A stretch of 64,000 bases of DNA. Origin: an uncultured Eubacteriales bacterium (GTDB lineage: Bacteria > Bacillota > Clostridia > Lachnospirales > Lachnospiraceae). The stretch covers positions 12,323-76,322 of the forward strand of contig ONPC01000133.1 in the NCBI GenBank assembly GCA_900319565.1, read 5' to 3'. The notes under the pieces are model-generated. The model worked only from the letters and a program-made list of their open reading frames with translations. It was not told the DNA's origin and did not search any database. Shown in pieces: positions 59,539-64,000 of the stretch (position 1 is the first letter of the stretch; every line of letters starts with the position of its first letter). A program made the position numbers and the translations under genes.

Positions 59539-60306
59539 ATGTCGAAATACGCCGTGATCACAGGCGCATCCAGCGGGATCGGCGCCGAGTTTGCGAAACA
59601 GCTGTCTGAGCTTGGATACGAGACCATTCTGGTCGCTCGCCGGACCGAGCGTCTACGCAGCCTGCAGGCCGAACTGGCCAGCCCGTCAAAGACGGTAAAG
59701 GCGGATCTGTCCACACGCAGGGGATGTGCGCGCGTGATGGATGCGATCGAGGATCTGAACGTGGAGGTCTTCATCAATTGTGCCGGTTTCGGGGATGCCG
59801 GACGTTTTACGGAGACAGACGAAGAAAAAGAATTCTCCATGGTAGATGTTAATATCAAGGCCGTTCATTACTTCACGAAACGTATGCTGAAAAACTTTCG
59901 CGAGGAACGGCAGGGTAAGGGATATCTTTTGAATGTGGCTTCTTCGGCAGGACTGTTGCCGGCGGGCCCTTATATGGCGACTTATTATGCGACGAAGGCT
60001 TACGTGACCAGCCTGACACGCGCGGTCGCTTATGAGATGAAGCAGGACAAAAGTCCGGTCTACGTCGGCTGTCTGTGCCCCGGACCGGTGGATACAGAGT
60101 TTAACGACGTGGCCAATGTTTCCTTCACGCTTCCCGGCATTTCCGCGAAAGCGTGCGTTTCCTATGCGATCCAAAAGATGTTTCGTAAGAAGACAGTCAT
60201 TGTCCCGACGCTGCGCATGAAAGCTGCAGTGATAGCGGGGCGGCTTCTGCCGCAGGGCGTGGTCATCCCCCTGACAGCGCGCCAGCAGAAGAAAAAACTA
60301 GGATAG
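59539..60306 (+). CDS. Short-chain dehydrogenase/reductase (SDR)
   Basis: TGASSGIG cofactor motif and YYATK catalytic motif. ATG 59539 lies 10 nt after GGGAGG (GTG 59533 is the alternative start). Confidence 0.85.
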   Translation: MSKYAVITGASSGIGAEFAKQLSELGYETILVARRTERLRSLQAELASPSKTVKADLSTRRGCARVMDAIEDLNVEVFINCAGFGDAGRFTETDEEKEFSMVDVNIKAVHYFTKRMLKNFREERQGKGYLLNVASSAGLLPAGPYMATYYATKAYVTSLTRAVAYEMKQDKSPVYVGCLCPGPVDTEFNDVANVSFTLPGISAKACVSYAIQKMFRKKTVIVPTLRMKAAVIAGRLLPQGVVIPLTARQQKKKLG

Positions 60307-60345
60307 GTTCGCTGCGCGAACCTTATACAAGGAGGGTATCAATTA

Positions 60346-60996
60346 ATGGCGGAAAACCATAACGAGGCGGATGAGTGGAAGACCATCATGTTTCTCTATA
60401 ATTCCGCATTGAAGCAGGTGAACGCGAAGATCGAGATCCTGAACGAGGAGTTCATCAACGTGCACAACTATAACCCCATCGAGCACGTAAAGACGCGTAT
60501 CAAATCTGCGGAAAGCATTGTAAAAAAACTGAAAAAACAGGGCCATGACGTGACCATCGAAAACATGGTGCGTTATGTCCACGACATAGCCGGTATCCGG
60601 ATCATCTGCTCCTTCACGTCGGACATCTATAAGATCGCCGATATGATCAGCAACCAGAACGACGTTCGCGTTCTGATCATTAAGAATTACATCGATAATC
60701 CGAAGCCCAACGGCTACAAGAGTTACCACATGGTGGTGTCGGTTCCGATCTATCTGTCGGACGGCCCCGTAGAGACGAAGGTGGAGATCCAGATCCGTAC
60801 CATCGCGATGGACTTCTGGGCCAGCCTCGAACATAAGATCTACTACAAGTACGAGGGCAATGCGCCCGATCATATCCAGAACGAGCTCTACGAGTGCGCG
60901 ACCATGATCAACATGCTGGATAACCGTATGTTCCTCTTGAATGAGGAGATCAAAAAAAACGACGCGAAAAATGCGACATTGCAGGGTTCTGCGTAA
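60346..60996 (+). CDS. Small alarmone synthetase (RelA/SpoT-domain GTP pyrophosphokinase, RelP/RelQ type)
   Basis: Motifs HDIAGIRIICSF, NGYKSYHMVV and EIQIRTIAMDFWASLEHK. 216 aa, single domain. Confidence 0.85.
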   Translation: MAENHNEADEWKTIMFLYNSALKQVNAKIEILNEEFINVHNYNPIEHVKTRIKSAESIVKKLKKQGHDVTIENMVRYVHDIAGIRIICSFTSDIYKIADMISNQNDVRVLIIKNYIDNPKPNGYKSYHMVVSVPIYLSDGPVETKVEIQIRTIAMDFWASLEHKIYYKYEGNAPDHIQNELYECATMINMLDNRMFLLNEEIKKNDAKNATLQGSA

Positions 60997-61067
60997 GCCG
61001 CAGTCGGTGCGGAACGGGAGCCGTTCCGGGATCGGTCTGCGACGCGTTTATCATTGAATAACATGGT

Positions 61068-61100
61068 GTGCAGTCGCGTATAAGTGGCTGCACATTTTTA
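61068..61100 (+). terminator. Rho-independent terminator after the alarmone synthetase gene
   Basis: GTGCAGTCGC (61068-61077) pairs with GTGGCTGCAC (61084-61093) with two G-U pairs, followed by ATTTTTA. Confidence 0.55.
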
Positions 61101-61130
61101 GTGGCATGGGAGGAAACCTGCATGCCGAGC

Positions 61131-61237
61131 ATCTACCGATGCCCCGGTCACGGGAAACGAAGAAGCGGTCCGGAAAGGACCATATCTACCGATGACCTGG
61201 GTCACGGGAAACGAAGAAGCAGTCCGGAAAGGACATT
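61131..61237 (+). repeat. Tandem duplication of a ~53-bp element in the copA leader
   Basis: Unit A is 61131-61183 and unit B is 61184-61237. Both read ATCTACCGATG..GGTCACGGGAAACGAAGAAGC.GTCCGGAAAGGAC. The copies differ by a few substitutions and one indel. Confidence 0.85.
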
Positions 61238-61284
61238 TACACCGCGAGCCGGCGCGTGTACGATCCGGCGTAATGGGAGTTACT

Positions 61285-63558
61285 ATGAAAGAAGCACATT
61301 TTACGGTCACGGGAATGTCCTGCGCTGCCTGCAGGGCTGCCGTGACGCGCGCGTCTTCCCGGGTGGAGGGCGTGACGGCGGTCGATGTTGACCTGCTGGG
61401 CGGGCGCATGAAGGCGCAGTACGATGATAATCTGACCACTCCGGAGGCGATCGCAAAAGCGGTCTGCGCCGCCGGTTACGGCGCACAGGAGTACGATCCA
61501 CGTGAAAACACCGGGCGCAAACTGTGGGAAAAACGAAAGAAACAAAGCGAGGAGGAGATCGCTTCGCTGCGATCGAGGCTGGTCATCTCACTGATCCTGC
61601 TGGTCCCTCTGATGTATCTGTCCATGGGCAGGCACTTCGGAATCGGCCTGCCGGACATCTCTGTCGGCGGCCATGACTGGCCCATTGACCTCATGCTTTT
61701 GCCGCTTCTTGCCGCTCCGATCCTGTGGAAGAACCGGAAGTTCTTCACGTCTGGCTTCGGCGCCATGCTCCACCGAAATCCGAACATGGACTCCCTGGTT
61801 GCGCTCGGCAGTGCAGCGTCGCTGGTATTTGCAACTTATTCATATGTGCGTCTGATCCTCGCCGTTGTCGGGGATGACATGATGATGCGCGACCATTATG
61901 CGCATTCCCTGTATTTTGAGTCGGCGGCTATGATCCCGGCTCTGGTAACGCTTGGAAAATATCTCGAGGCACGATCGAAGCAGAAGACGACGGATGCGAT
62001 CGGCAGCCTGGCACAACTGGCTCCGAAGACGGCGGTCGTTTTGCGTGACGGTGAGGAGGTTGAGATCGCGGCCGATGATATTCTCCTCGGCGACATTTTG
62101 GTCGTGCGTCCCGGCGATATCCTGGCTGTGGACGGCGAGATCGTGTCCGGCAGCGGTTCCATGGATGAATCATCGATCACCGGTGAAAGCATTCCGGTCG
62201 AAAAGACCGTGGGGGATCCTGTCACGTCCGGAACGCGTAATCAAAACGGTTCGTTCCGGTTTCGCGCAACGCGTGTCGGTACGGATACGACATTGTCCCA
62301 AATCATACAGCTGGTGGACGATGCCATCGGAACGAAGGCGCCGATCGCCCGTATGGCGGACCGAATCGCCGGTATTTTTGTGCCGGTCGTGATCGGGATC
62401 GCCGTCCTGACTGCCGCGATCTGGCTGATCTGCGGGCAGGATGCGGCATTTGCCGTTCGATGCGCGGTTTCCGTGCTGGTGATCTCATGCCCCTGCGCCC
62501 TGGGACTGGCGACACCTGTCGCCATCATGGTCTCCACGGGGCATGCGGCGAAAGAAGGAATTTTGGTGAAATCCGCGCAGGCGCTGGAACTGCTGGGACG
62601 CATAGATACCGTCGCTTTAGATAAGACGGGAACGCTGACCACCGGACAGATCTCTGTCGTTTCGGTCCTGCCTGCCGAAGGGATCGCAAAGGAGCAGCTG
62701 CTGGCGGTCGCGGATATGCTGGAACGCGGCAGCGAACACCCTCTGGGGCAGGCGGTCTGCCGTTATACAAAAGAACAAAACATCGTCGGAAAGACACCGG
62801 ATCACTTTGAAAGTGTTGCCGGCGGAGGCGTTATTGCAAGTGATACTGGGGCGGCTTATCTGGCGGGAAGCGAACGCTTCTTGAAGGAACGAATCCCGAA
62901 CCTGTCTCTCCCGGAGCAGACCATCGGGCAGCTGGCTCGAGAGGGACGCACACCGGTCCTTTTTGCGCGGGAAGACGGACGTTATCTGGGACTCATGGCT
63001 CTGGCGGACACACCGCGCGAGACTTCAGCGGCCGCGATCGCGCAACTGAAGGACATGGGAATCCGGGTGGCCATGCTGACCGGCGACCGACCGGAAACGG
63101 CCCGTTTTATCGCAGATCAGGTCGGTGTGACGGAAGTATTTGCCGGACTCCTTCCGCAGGATAAAGAGCGGGCAATATCACAGCTGCAGGAGAAAGGACG
63201 GCTCGTAGCCATGACCGGCGATGGTGTCAATGATGCGCCCGCATTGACCCGTGCGGATGTGGGGATCGCCATCGGCGCCGGCACGGATGTTGCTGTTGAC
63301 GCTGCGGACATCGTGCTCGTGAAGAATTCTCTCGACGATGTTGCGAAGGCCATCCGGCTCGGGCGCAAGACCATTTCGAACATTCACTTGAGCCTGTTTT
63401 GGGCGTTCATTTATAATGTGATCGGCATACCGATCGCAGCCGGCGCCCTCTATCCGGCTTTCGGCCTGCTCTTAAGTCCGATGATCGGTTCAGCGGCCAT
63501 GAGCCTGTCATCCGTCAGCGTGGTATTGAATGCGCTGCGGCTCCGGAAGCAATCGTGA
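61285..63558 (+). CDS. copA: Copper-translocating P1B-type ATPase
   Basis: ORF 61192-63558. Preferred start is ATG 61285 after GGGAG. HMA motif GMSCAAC, the CPC transmembrane motif (SCPCALGLATP), DKTGTLT and GDGVNDAP. Confidence 0.9.
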   Translation: MKEAHFTVTGMSCAACRAAVTRASSRVEGVTAVDVDLLGGRMKAQYDDNLTTPEAIAKAVCAAGYGAQEYDPRENTGRKLWEKRKKQSEEEIASLRSRLVISLILLVPLMYLSMGRHFGIGLPDISVGGHDWPIDLMLLPLLAAPILWKNRKFFTSGFGAMLHRNPNMDSLVALGSAASLVFATYSYVRLILAVVGDDMMMRDHYAHSLYFESAAMIPALVTLGKYLEARSKQKTTDAIGSLAQLAPKTAVVLRDGEEVEIAADDILLGDILVVRPGDILAVDGEIVSGSGSMDESSITGESIPVEKTVGDPVTSGTRNQNGSFRFRATRVGTDTTLSQIIQLVDDAIGTKAPIARMADRIAGIFVPVVIGIAVLTAAIWLICGQDAAFAVRCAVSVLVISCPCALGLATPVAIMVSTGHAAKEGILVKSAQALELLGRIDTVALDKTGTLTTGQISVVSVLPAEGIAKEQLLAVADMLERGSEHPLGQAVCRYTKEQNIVGKTPDHFESVAGGGVIASDTGAAYLAGSERFLKERIPNLSLPEQTIGQLAREGRTPVLFAREDGRYLGLMALADTPRETSAAAIAQLKDMGIRVAMLTGDRPETARFIADQVGVTEVFAGLLPQDKERAISQLQEKGRLVAMTGDGVNDAPALTRADVGIAIGAGTDVAVDAADIVLVKNSLDDVAKAIRLGRKTISNIHLSLFWAFIYNVIGIPIAAGALYPAFGLLLSPMIGSAAMSLSSVSVVLNALRLRKQS

Positions 63559-64000
63559 CCACGATTCATTTCGCTCTTTTTTCTATTTCACTTCTTAGCG
63601 GCATTCAGTCTTCCGCCGCATATTTCAATTCCCATTGAGACAATTGAAGACTCTTTTACGCGCATTCGGCCCAAACGGGCTGGATGCGCGTAAGGAAGCA
63701 AGCTTGGGTGGAGCGCTCTTACGCGCAAAACAAGCGAAACGGCGAAACTGGCTTGCTATCATCAAAATGGCTTCTATGTCGGAGAGAACCTGATCACGAC
63801 GTTTGAAACATCACAAAGCCAGATCAGTTCCAAACTTATAAAGGAAATGATAGAACAATACTTACTATAAACAGAGAACTTGACCGAAAAATAAAAACCA
63901 AAGATTTTTCTAATAATCCATTGCCCCCAATAATCTGAATTGCTATATCATGTACCTGGCCTGATTACGACAACGCGAGGTTCACCATTAAGAGGTAACT

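Noticed and set aside
61068-61391. 107-aa ORF spanning the copA leader repeats (encodes a duplicated GHGKRRS.PERT peptide)
   Set aside because: It has no RBS, runs across a terminator and into the copA start region, and its repeated peptide is simply a by-product of the DNA duplication.
1-64000. Scan for rRNA, tRNA, CRISPR arrays, transposases, integrases and prophage genes
   Set aside because: I found no cloverleaf-like or rRNA-like segments in the intergenic regions, no regularly spaced direct repeats, and no recombinase or transposase motifs in any frame. The only tandem repeats are the 51-bp coding repeats and the 53-bp copA-leader duplication.

Overview
This is a 64-kb chromosomal window from a moderately GC-rich Firmicute. 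Gene content points to an anaerobic, Lachnospiraceae-like member of the Clostridia: pth-mfd and hup-S4-divIC synteny, a glgC/glgD pair, a reverse rubrerythrin, and DnaD/DnaI-type helicase-loading genes. The taxon is inference only. Coding density is high, and nearly all long antisense ORFs in the track are shadow ORFs.

Content in order:
(i) An xpaC-telA stress pair.
(ii) A roughly 22-kb carbohydrate-utilisation locus, same-strand except for the regulator. It holds two ATPase-less CUT1-type ABC importers, an NHL-propeller / Yip1 / DUF5696-like trio, a GH3 enzyme, an AraC regulator, a GH67 alpha-glucuronidase and uxuA-uxuB, which together suggest glucuronoxylan use.
(iii) Two paralogous small secreted proteins that share an unusual C-terminal GDATPI-TM-RK tail. 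They sit back-to-back with a DUF2142-like GT-C membrane protein plus a Wzx-like flippase.
(iv) prs, then a dnaD-like/dnaI-like operon preceded by a dense cluster of abutting DnaA boxes, then murC.
(v) The stand-out: a tandem array of four paralogous zinc-ribbon proteins (36370-42990). Two carry TIR domains that retain the catalytic-Glu motif, and three have C-terminal membrane anchors. All carry a recurring LGDYKDA-type repeat. None of the partners typical of Thoeris, CBASS, Pycsar, SPARTA or retron systems is present, so I flag it as a candidate undescribed TIR-based system.
(vi) Housekeeping genes glgCD, pth, mfd, a repeat-tailed lipoprotein, hup, an S4 protein and divIC.
(vii) An ArsB/NhaD-type transporter, a cytidylate-kinase-like protein, an AT-rich orphan ORF, a reverse rubrerythrin, an FtsX-type permease with no adjacent ATPase, an SDR, a small alarmone synthetase, and copA preceded by a tandemly duplicated 53-bp leader element.

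I recognised no rRNA, tRNA, CRISPR array, transposase or integrase. All family assignments come from motif recognition by eye, with no database search.
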